Assembly: GCA_025558095.1 (NCBI GenBank)
Contig: JAIVFI010000006.1
Span: 186,001-250,000 of the forward strand
From: Hyaloraphidium curvatum SAG 235-1
Lineage: Eukaryota; Fungi; Monoblepharomycota
Length of the DNA: 64,000 bases
Direction: 5' to 3'
Positions 22,507 through 30,634 of the stretch are shown here, piece by piece. Below the pieces are notes generated by a model, which saw nothing but the letters and a program-made list of their open reading frames with translations, was not told the DNA's origin and did no database searches. Every line of letters begins with the position of its first letter. Within the stretch, counting starts at the first letter, position 1. A program made the translations under genes and the position numbers.

Positions 22507-24162
22507 ATGGACCCCGTTCAAGAAGCCGCCCCTCAGCAGGAGGTTCAGCAGCCTCAGGAAGCTAACGATTTGCAGAACAACCCGCAGGCCCAGGCGATTA
22601 TCCAAGCTGCGCAGGCCGCGATCCAGCAAGTCGGCGCCGCCGCCAACGACGTCGCCCAACTCGCCGCCCAGCAAGCCGCCCAGCAAGCCGTCGCCGATCA
22701 GCTTGCCGCTCAGCTCGTGGCGCAACAGACCGCTCAGCAGTTGCCAGCTGCCCAAGTTCAACAGCAAGCCGCCGCCGAGCAGCTTGCAGCGCAGCAGCTC
22801 CAGCAGCTCGCCGCACAGCAGCAGGGTCAGCGGAGCGAGCAAGCCCCGGCTGTCAACGCTGCCGCCGCTGGTCTCCAGCCGCAGCAGTTCGTCGACGCCG
22901 TACGGGCCATCGTTGGCGCTCAGCCGCCGAACGATGGAAGCACCGGCCTCCCCCAGGCGGATCGCCAGGGCGGAGCCGCCAAGCTCCCGGCTCAGCTGCT
23001 GCCTGCTTCTGTTCAGCCCTTCGATCCCGCTACGCAGGACCCGGAAGACTTCTTCCGCGACCTCACTACGGTTCTCACGGCGTTCGGCTCCATCAACAAC
23101 CTCGTCAAGGTCTTCCCGGTCTTCCTTGGGCCTCTGCCGCGCGCAATGTGGCACAACATCACGCCGCAGAACCGCCCTCCGGACTATCCCGCGACGGCCA
23201 CCTATCCTCCGGTGACCCAGAACGATGTGCTTGCCTGGCTACGCTACCACTTCGAGCCCCGCGACGCATCGATGCATTATCGCCGGCACTACAACACGAT
23301 TCAGATGACCAACGATGAGACCCTCGACGCCTTCGTTGCCCGCGTATCCCTGGCCGAGACGCGTTTCCTCTCGCACTGCGGCGATCAGCTTCCTACCAGG
23401 GAAGTGCAAGACAGCGTGTACGGCCAGAACCTGCTCTACGGACTGCGCCCGGAGCTACGCGGGAAGGCGCTGGAGCTCCTCGGGGATCACCTCATCAACC
23501 GCACTTCCGTCACCAAGGTCATCGAGAAGATGCGCACCGTCATGCAAGCATCGGGCCCTGCGCAGCCGCGCGACATCCGTTTCCTGGGCCAGAACTCGAT
23601 TTCGGAGATTCCGGCTCTGGTCGGCCAGCACTCGTCTTCGGGCTCCTCCAAGGCGACCGACAAGGCGACGACGGAAGTGCTGCTGGCTCATACGCAGGCT
23701 CTCACAAAGCTGCTGGAGCCTAAGGGAGAGCGCAGGCCCACCGGTGGACCGCCGGGGGAGTCTGCGTTCCGGCCTCCGCGCCGTTTCGTCCCCTTCCAGT
23801 CTCGTCGGAGCCAGCCGTTGCCGCCTTCGGGGCCGAACAGCGACCTCGTCGAGATCAAGGAGCTCATCACCAAGCTGCTGCCGTCGCCTCGCCATCAGGT
23901 TCAGGCCGCGGAGACCAGGTCGAACCCCCCCGCGAGGCCTCCTCCGATCGATCGGCCCCGCCAGCAGCAGGAGCGCCAGGATCGCCGGCCCTTCACCTCG
24001 GAGTACCGCGACCAGAAGCGCTTCCAGCCTCGCCACTGCCATCTCTGTGGCATGGATGGGCATGCTCAGGACGAGTGCTGGGAGTTGGAGAAGAATGCCA
24101 ACCGCCGCCCACTCAACTGGAAGTCTCGCCTCGGCAACACCCCTTCGATGCCAAAAAACTAG
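22507..24162 (+). CDS. gag: Gag (Q/A-rich N-terminus, capsid, CCHC nucleocapsid knuckle)
   Basis: ATG at 22507 (MDPVQEAAPQQ); capsid-like IQMTNDETLDAFVARV...LLYGLRPEL; knuckle CHLCGMDGHAQDEC. Confidence 0.9.
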   Translation: MDPVQEAAPQQEVQQPQEANDLQNNPQAQAIIQAAQAAIQQVGAAANDVAQLAAQQAAQQAVADQLAAQLVAQQTAQQLPAAQVQQQAAAEQLAAQQLQQLAAQQQGQRSEQAPAVNAAAAGLQPQQFVDAVRAIVGAQPPNDGSTGLPQADRQGGAAKLPAQLLPASVQPFDPATQDPEDFFRDLTTVLTAFGSINNLVKVFPVFLGPLPRAMWHNITPQNRPPDYPATATYPPVTQNDVLAWLRYHFEPRDASMHYRRHYNTIQMTNDETLDAFVARVSLAETRFLSHCGDQLPTREVQDSVYGQNLLYGLRPELRGKALELLGDHLINRTSVTKVIEKMRTVMQASGPAQPRDIRFLGQNSISEIPALVGQHSSSGSSKATDKATTEVLLAHTQALTKLLEPKGERRPTGGPPGESAFRPPRRFVPFQSRRSQPLPPSGPNSDLVEIKELITKLLPSPRHQVQAAETRSNPPARPPPIDRPRQQQERQDRRPFTSEYRDQKRFQPRHCHLCGMDGHAQDECWELEKNANRRPLNWKSRLGNTPSMPKN

Positions 24163-24200
24163 CTTTGCCCTCAGTGCCGCACGGCCATAGGGGGGCAGAG
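24153..24200 (+). other. -1 programmed ribosomal frameshift signal (A AAA AAC plus downstream stem-loop)
   Basis: Gag ends CCA AAA AAC TAG and pol is in the -1 frame. CTTTGCCCTC (24163-24172) can pair with GGGGGCAGAG (24191-24200) using two G-U pairs. Confidence 0.85.
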
Positions 24201-27200
24201 ATCCAAGCTCTTGAACCACATGTGGAACCTCTTCCTGGAACTTCCCCGCTGCCGGACGGCACGGACCCTTCATCTCCTGGCGGATCGCCGGAGTTGTCGG
24301 ATTCCGCGACCGATGAACCGACGGCGGAGGACCACGTTCATCATTGGCCCTTCGGGGGCACGGAGTACATCCTCTTCCTCGAGGCGGAGGCAGCTCGACA
24401 GGCCGCCGTTCGTCAGCAGCGGGAGGCGCTCATGCCGATCGACGAGACCCTGGCCCCGCCGCCGGCAGCGGATTCGGCGTCGCCCGGCTCGGTCGAGGTC
24501 GTGGGAAACGGTGAACCGGCGGCACAGGATGCGGACGCGGGATCAGCGGATGCACCTATGCACGAGGGCCCGACCGTCCGCGCCGTTCCCGGACCTTTCG
24601 AAAGGCCCCCTCCTCCTTCCGCCTACGCACGACCACCGCTGCCTGGCCCTCGGCCTCGCCCGCGGCCACCTGCTCCGGTCGCCCCTCCGCCGGATCGCTG
24701 GACGTGGACTTCGCAAGTGCAGTTCCACTATCAGGCGGCACGCGTTTCGGCATGGGTCAACGGCGTGAATACCCCCGCGGCCCTCGTCGACTCCGGTGCC
24801 TCAGTGGTGGCGGTTCGGTCGTCCTTCTTCTGCCGGATCCACCCGTCGCCACCGATCAAACCATGGACACTCGGCACCCTCAGCACGGCCGCGGCCGGCG
24901 GAACCATGTGGGTCCGCGGAGTTGCTAAGATGGACATCCTGGTCGGGAATCAACACTGCGTCATGGACGTCGCCATCATGGACGGTCTCATGGACGACGT
25001 GATCCTCGGCACCCCTTGGCTCTCCGCCCTACGCGTTCAGATGGACTGGGAGACGCCGGTCCTCTATTTCAAGGACGATCCGGAGGGGGTCGTCGTGCCA
25101 ATGCACATTGTTGCGCGACCGCTCTTCGGATCACACCTGGTCGCCCCGCTCCATTCAACCACCTCCATCACGGTCTACCCCAACGAGGACGTCTCGATCA
25201 CCGCTGAGCTGGCCCCGACGACTCCCTTGGCGACCGTCGTGGAGATGGACTTGACAGGGGTCATCGAGACGCCGAACACTTCGCCGTTCGATCGCCTCTT
25301 CATCATCCCGTCGGCGACGCCCGACAGAGACGGTCGGCTGCCGATTCTCATCCGCAACTACGGGACGACACCGGTCACGATCGGCCCGGGCACCCACCTC
25401 GGCCGCTTCCGCGTGCGGATTCCTGGATTTCTCGCTCCGGAACCGCCCACGTATCTGGCTCCCGCGCAGATCTCGATGCTGGAGCCCGAGCTGCCCCACA
25501 CCGAACCGGCCGAATCCACGCTCACGGTCGAGGAGACCATCGATCTGTTCGCGGTGCCCTCGCCGGGATCGATTGGACCACCTCAGCCTCCCGGCGTGGA
25601 GCCTCCTCCGGTCGAGGCTATCGAGCTCAAGATGGACCAAACGATCCTGAGCGAGGGGGACAAACCTCGTTTCCATAAGCTCTGCGACCGCTACCGGGAC
25701 GTGTTTGGTCCTTGGATCGGCAAGCTGCGCAACCATCGCTTCCGGATCGACACGGGCGACCTCAAGCCGATCCACCAGATGCCGTACCGGACCCCGTTCC
25801 GGCTTCGCGGGGAAATGGACAAGATCATCGACGACCTGCTCGTGCAGGGCGTAGTCGTCCCCTCGCGAAGCCCCTGGGCCACGCCCTGCATCATGGTGCC
25901 AAAAGGGCACGGCTCGGGCGAATGGCGCCTGGTGATCGATTACCGGAAGCTCAACGCCGCCACCAAGCGCGACGTCTACCCGATGAAGAACCCAAGCGAC
26001 ACTCTCGCTCTCCTCAGCGCGGCCAAGGTGTGGAGCGTTTGCGACATCCGCTCCGGCTTTTGGCACGTGGAGGTGGCCGACGAGGACAAGGAAAAGACGG
26101 CCTTCACGACGCACCGCGGTCTCTACCAGTGGGAGCGGATGGCCATGGGCTTTACCAACGCTCCTGCAACCTTTGCTCGGATCATGGACGAGCTCCTCGC
26201 CGGCCTCCAGTGGTACTGCTTGGTGGTCTTCATCGACGACATCATTATCTTCTCGCAGACGGTCGACGAGCACCTCGTGCACCTGGAGCTCCTCTTTGAC
26301 CGACTGCGCGAGGCCGGGATGACTCTGAAGCTGGCCAAATGCAAGTTCTTCCGCCGCGAGGTCAAATACCTCGGGCATTACGTCACCGCCGACGGCCTCA
26401 AGGTCGACCCCGAGAAGACCCGCGCGGTGGACCAGTTCCCCCGCCCAACGACCAAGAAGGAGCTCCAATCGTTTCTCGGCCTCTCCAACTACTATCGCCC
26501 CTTCATTGCCGGCTACGCCAACATTGCCAGCCCGCTCACCCGCCTGACGCAGGACGGCGTCTCGGTCTCTCGGGCCTGGGACGACGCATGCGAGGCCGCC
26601 TTCCGTATGCTAAAGGAACGGCTTACGTCGGCGCCCGTGCTCCGTCGCCCCGACTTTTCCAAGCGCTTCGTCTTGTTCACGGATGCCAGCGATATCGGCC
26701 TCGGCGCGGTGCTCAGCCAGCGGGACTCCGATGGCAAGGAGTACGTCATCGCCTACGCCAGCCGCGCTCTGCAGCCGAACGAGCGCAAGTGGGACACTCG
26801 GGAGCGCGAAGCCCTGGCCGTTGTTTGGGCATGCGAGCATTTCCGGGCGTATTTGATCGGGGACGAGTTTGAGGTGGTCACCGACCATAGCGCCCTCAAA
26901 TGGCTCTTGGAGACCTCCAAGCCGGGCCGCCTACAGCGCTGGATCCTCCGGCTCTCGGACTTCAGGTTCCAGATCATCCATCGCTCGGGCAAAGCGAACT
27001 CCAACGCCGACTTCCTGTCTCGTCAGCTCGTGGCGCCGTCGCCCGACGAGGACGTGCCTATGGGCGACCCCGAGGAAATCTTGGACATCCCTGCCTTTTG
27101 GCCCCCAAACCCTCCCGACCCCTTGCCTTTTTCTTCTTTTTCTGGGGGGGGACGGGCGCCCGGATTCCTCTCCGGGAGTGATCTCGGTCAGACTTCCCGT

Positions 27201-29210
27201 TCTTCGTCAACCCCAGTCACCGAGTCAGACTCGGGACGAGCTACTGCGGGTTCCTCAGTCAATTGTGAATCAATGGAGCGAGTGCTGTCTGGCACGGAGT
27301 TCCCGGCCACGGTTGCCGCAGTGGAGGGAACCCTGTGGAGCGATCCGGGGACCCTGCCCGAGGCTGCGGCACCGGAGACGCAGATCCTCCTGCCGATCCC
27401 AACGACGAACGCACAGGTCGACCCGGCAGACGTGCCTGAGCGAGACCTGGCGTTCCTTCATCCGGCACTGCTTGAGGTGCTACCCGATGTCGGGGGCATC
27501 AGTGCTATTGACCTTGCCGACGTCAGATCCCGGGATGCCCTGCGCAAAGTGCAAGAAGCCGACGTCGAGACCAGCGCGCTGATCCGCTTCGTGCGAGACG
27601 GGGAGCTCCCTCCCAACGTGAATCTGGCCAAATTCTGCAAGAAGTACGGCGAGCAGTACTTCCTCGCTACGGACGGCGTGCTCTGCCGGCGCGATGTACT
27701 CGCGACTGGTACCCGTCGTATCCCGGTCACCCAGCTCGTGATACCGCACGAGCTGAGGGAGGCCTACCTGCAACGTGCGCACGACGATCCCCTGAGCGGG
27801 CACGTCGGGCGACACCGGGCGTACAGCAATCTGCGGCGCCGCGTATATTGGGTCGGCATGGCGCACGACGTTCGCCGCTGGACGCGAGCCTGCCTTACAT
27901 GCATGACCCGGAAGATGCCTTCGGTATCGAACCAGGGCTTACTGAAATCGGTTCCTCTCACAGGTCCCAACGAGGACATCTACATCGACTACATCGGCGA
28001 GATCAATCCGGCCACGCCCCGCGGCAACAAGTACCTTCTCGTCGTCTACGATCCGTTCACTAAATGGGTCGCGGCGTATCCGACTCCGGACCTCTCTGGG
28101 CCGACGACGGCGAAGCTGCTCTATACGCGATGGATTCTCGAGCACGGTCTTCCGAAGCGGATTCACCACGACAACGCCTCGAACCTGGACAACCATTACA
28201 TGGAGTACCTGCTCAAGCTACTCGGCATCAACCGGGGCCTGGTCACGGTTGGGCATCCCAGGGCTTCCCTCGCGGAGCGCCCGAACCGGTGGATCATCGA
28301 CGCCCTGAGCGCAGCGGTCTCCAAGAACTACCAGACATGGGACGAGGACATCGTGGGGGTCATCTTTGCCTTCCGGACCTCCATCCACGCGACGACCGGC
28401 GAAACTCCGTTCTTTCTGATGCATGGTCGGGATGCTCGTATTCCGCTCGACCTACTTTACGACGAGACCGAGATTCGCGAGCCAGTGCACCTGCGGGCCA
28501 GCGACGAGGAGGACAAGAAGACAGAGGATGAGCGCCGGCGGACCTACGTCGTGGAGCTCGTGGCGCAGCTTCGTGCGGCCTACGACCTGGTGGCCGAGAA
28601 GATGGCCGCAGCGGCGGAGACTCGGAACGCCAAGGCCAACGCTACCCGGCTTCCGATTACCTTCCGCCCCGGCGACCTCGTGCTCATCTGGGGACCAGAA
28701 CGACCGCGCAAGGGCGAGCCGGGCAAGTTCGTCTCTCGTTATCTTGGGCCCTACCGCATCGAGGAGTCAGGCCACACCGAGCTCACCTGGAAGTGTAGAC
28801 ACGTCTACGAGACCGACCACGTCACCACTGTGCATGTGGACCGGCTGGCGCGCTACAAGCCTTGGGAGTCGGCCACCTTCAACGCGCGCTCGTGGAACGC
28901 ACGCGCCCCGGAGCTCGCCGCCGGTGAAGAGCTCGATCTCTCGGAACCGGTGAACGAGTTCGAAGAGGAAATCGAGGTCGAGAACGCGCTTGGGAACGAG
29001 CAGGAGTACACCGTCGAGGACATCGTCGGCCACGAGGGCCAGGGTCACGGACTCAAGTTCGAGGTCAAGTGGCGGGGCTTCGCTCGCACGACCAAGCTCC
29101 CTCTGGACATGTTGCACGGCGCCATAGGGATCGTCCGCGCCTATGCCGATCGCGTTGGTCTCCAGCTCCCGACGGGTCTCCCCAGGCGCATGCGGACTCG
29201 GCGTCGCTAG
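24153..29210 (+). CDS. pol: Pol polyprotein: protease, dUTPase-like remnant, reverse transcriptase, RNase H, integrase, chromodomain
   Basis: ALVDSGAS (PR); WRLVIDYRKLN, DIRSGFWHV, FIDDIIIFS (RT); TDASDIGLGAVL, EREALAV, TDHSAL, NADFLSR (RH); HDDPLSGH...CLTC, IDYIG, HDNASN, AERPNR, LGPYRI (IN); EYTVEDIV...FEVKWRGF (chromo). No internal stops. Confidence 0.97.
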   Translation, partial: KKLALPSVPHGHRGAEIQALEPHVEPLPGTSPLPDGTDPSSPGGSPELSDSATDEPTAEDHVHHWPFGGTEYILFLEAEAARQAAVRQQREALMPIDETLAPPPAADSASPGSVEVVGNGEPAAQDADAGSADAPMHEGPTVRAVPGPFERPPPPSAYARPPLPGPRPRPRPPAPVAPPPDRWTWTSQVQFHYQAARVSAWVNGVNTPAALVDSGASVVAVRSSFFCRIHPSPPIKPWTLGTLSTAAAGGTMWVRGVAKMDILVGNQHCVMDVAIMDGLMDDVILGTPWLSALRVQMDWETPVLYFKDDPEGVVVPMHIVARPLFGSHLVAPLHSTTSITVYPNEDVSITAELAPTTPLATVVEMDLTGVIETPNTSPFDRLFIIPSATPDRDGRLPILIRNYGTTPVTIGPGTHLGRFRVRIPGFLAPEPPTYLAPAQISMLEPELPHTEPAESTLTVEETIDLFAVPSPGSIGPPQPPGVEPPPVEAIELKMDQTILSEGDKPRFHKLCDRYRDVFGPWIGKLRNHRFRIDTGDLKPIHQMPYRTPFRLRGEMDKIIDDLLVQGVVVPSRSPWATPCIMVPKGHGSGEWRLVIDYRKLNAATKRDVYPMKNPSDTLALLSAAKVWSVCDIRSGFWHVEVADEDKEKTAFTTHRGLYQWERMAMGFTNAPATFARIMDELLAGLQWYCLVVFIDDIIIFSQTVDEHLVHLELLFDRLREAGMTLKLAKCKFFRREVKYLGHYVTADGLKVDPEKTRAVDQFPRPTTKKELQSFLGLSNYYRPFIAGYANIASPLTRLTQDGVSVSRAWDDACEAAFRMLKERLTSAPVLRRPDFSKRFVLFTDASDIGLGAVLSQRDSDGKEYVIAYASRALQPNERKWDTREREALAVVWACEHFRAYLIGDEFEVVTDHSALKWLLETSKPGRLQRWILRLSDFRFQIIHRSGKANSNADFLSRQLVAPSPDEDVPMGDPEEILDIPAFWPPNPPDPLPFSSFSGGGRAPGFLSGSDLGQTSRSSSTPVTESDSGRATAGSSVNCESMERVLSGTEFPATVAAVEGTLWSDPGTLPEAAAPETQILLPIPTTNAQVDPADVPERDLAFLHPALLEVLPDVGGISAIDLADVRSRDALRKVQEADVETSALIRFVRDGELPPNVNLAKFCKKYGEQYFLATDGVLCRRDVLATGTRRIPVTQLVIPHELREAYLQRAHDDPLSGHVGRHRAYSNLRRRVYWVGMAHDVRRWTRACLTCMTRKMPSVSNQGLLKSVPLTGPNEDIYIDYIGEINPATPRGNKYLLVVYDPFTKWVAAYPTPDLSGPTTAKLLYTRWILEHGLPKRIHHDNASNLDNHYMEYLLKLLGINRGLVTVGHPRASLAERPNRWIIDALSAAVSKNYQTWDEDIVGVIFAFRTSIHATTGETPFFLMHGRDARIPLDLLYDETEIREPVHLRASDEEDKKTEDERRRTYVVELVAQLRAAYDLVAEKMAAAAETRNAKANATRLPITFRPGDLVLIWGPERPRKGEPGKFVSRYLGPYRIEESGHTELTWKCRHVYETDHVTTVHVDRLARYKPWESATFNARSWNARAPELAAGEELDLSEPVNEFEEEIEVENALGNEQEYTVEDIVGHEGQGHGLKFEVKWRGFARTTKLPLDMLHGAIGIVRAYADRVGLQLPTGLPRRMRTRRR
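27131..27156 (+). other. Candidate central polypurine tract (T-rich box + G8)
   Basis: TTCTTCTTTTTCTGGGGGGGGACGGG resembles the 3' PPT context CTTCTTTTGGGTGGGGGCG and lies ~45 bp from the element midpoint (27191). Confidence 0.55.
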
Positions 29211-29280
29211 TAACACCAACGACGTCTATCCGGTCACAGCACTACCATCTCTGTGCTCCGATCCCCGGCTTTTCACTGAC

Positions 29281-30266
29281 TCAAACCCGACGTACTACCT
29301 CGAGCCTATCCTCGACCCCCTCGAACGCCAACTTGTGATACCCGGACTGAAAATGCGTGTTCAGATTGCCCAGGAGGCCCTTAGCCTTGTGCTTTACCAG
29401 ATGGCACCACGGGAACGAGCATACCGCCACTTCGCCCTTGGTGGGGCTCCGGTACAGTTCGCCGGCGTACGTTCCGGCAATCTTCCATCGGAGGAAGGAG
29501 CCTGCCGGCACGGCATCAGGGACCTTCTTCGTCACCCGTTCCGCCTTCAAGCCCCAGACCGGCGACGACTTCTTCATCTGGCACATTCAGTGACGATCAG
29601 CGCTTGTGGGGCGTACTCCCGTCGAGCCGTTCACCTGCGCAATCTGCTCCCGGGCCTCCCCGCGCTGCACCACATGCCCCTCGTCTTTACCTGAAGTTGC
29701 CGTTTGGGCCGTCTGGAAGGCGCTCCCTTGTTCAGTGGCGGCCTCGAAGTCGCCTAAGTGGTCCAGCTCCCAAGAGGGCGCATGAAGCGTGACTGACAGC
29801 ACGGGGACTTCGTCGGCCGCCTCGAGCTCCTCCCTCGAGTCCGCCGCCGACTCGCCCTCGCCGACGGAAGGCGCACCCTTCGACGACATCGCCGGCAGGA
29901 AGACGCCGGAGGTCCGGGTTGCGGCCGCGGCCGCGATCGGGTCGTTGCCTCTGGCCCCGCCAGCCTCGCGCAGCTTGGCGGTCCCGCCGGCCTCGCGCAG
30001 CTCGGCGACGAGCCGACGGAGCACTCGGACCTCGACAACGACGTTCCCAGCCTCTTCGGCCAGCGGCAACATCCCGCGCATGGCGGCCAGACGCACCAGT
30101 TGCAGGAAGCAGTCGACCACGTCGTCCTCCTGGCGCGGCGCTGAGCTCCCGTTCGAGGACCACGCCGCTACGCTCTTACCTTGGTGCACAGCAGGACGTC
30201 GAAGGTCGGCAACCGAACCTCGAACCACGAACTCGGCGGGACGACGTTCGGCAGCTCCGCACTCAT
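29281..30266 (-). CDS. Antisense accessory gene of the retrotransposon, spliced (exons 30266-30180, 30129-29635, 29577-29281; ~292 aa), C-terminal BED-like zinc finger
   Basis: Two phase-0 introns of host-typical size (50 nt GTAAGA...CCAG; 57 nt GTGAAC...CTGAT...CCAG, containing the in-frame stop) give one continuous frame. It ends KKSSPVW...VAVCSFPWC...LGNLNTHFQSGYH. Confidence 0.7.
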
Positions 30267-30406
30267 GACAGGCGCGGAGATCCCCCCAGCTCTTCTGGAC
30301 CCTACGTCGCGATCCCCCGCGAGCGCTTTCGTCGACGCAATGGCGTACGGCCCTCGCTCGCGCCCCGTCCCCCGTGGCGGGGACTGGTGACCCGGTGTGC
30401 GGGCGA

Positions 30407-30566
30407 ACTCGCGGTCGACTCGACTCGCAGTTGACTCGCGGTTGACTCGCGGTTGGCTCGCGGTTGACTCGCAAGTGACTCGCGAGTCACTCGCGAGTCG
30501 CTCGCAAGTCACTCGCGAGCGACTTGCGATGCACTCGCGAGTTGCCTGCGCTTCGCACCATATAAG
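30407..30566. promoter_or_regulatory. Internal (probably bidirectional) promoter: ~12 x 11-bp ACTCGCG(A/G)(G/T)TN array + TATAA (30561-30565)
   Basis: Same unit and similar array-to-TATA spacing (~18-20 bp) as the LTR U3. It lies between the divergent ATGs at 30266 (-) and 30635 (+). Confidence 0.75.
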
Positions 30567-30634
30567 CGGCGGACCATAGGAGGCCGCGGCCGCGGACTAC
30601 GCACCCAACGTCGACCTCGCCGCTACCGTCTCCC

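Noticed and set aside
29587-30474. 295-aa minus-strand ORF taken at face value from 30474
   Set aside because: Its N-terminus is translated repeat array from a non-ATG start. The spliced model from ATG 30266 is more coherent.
30407-30566. Internal array as a nested solo LTR or assembly duplication
   Set aside because: Only the repeat unit and TATA spacing are shared. The flanks do not match the LTR and the unit variants differ (many ACTCGCGGTTG).
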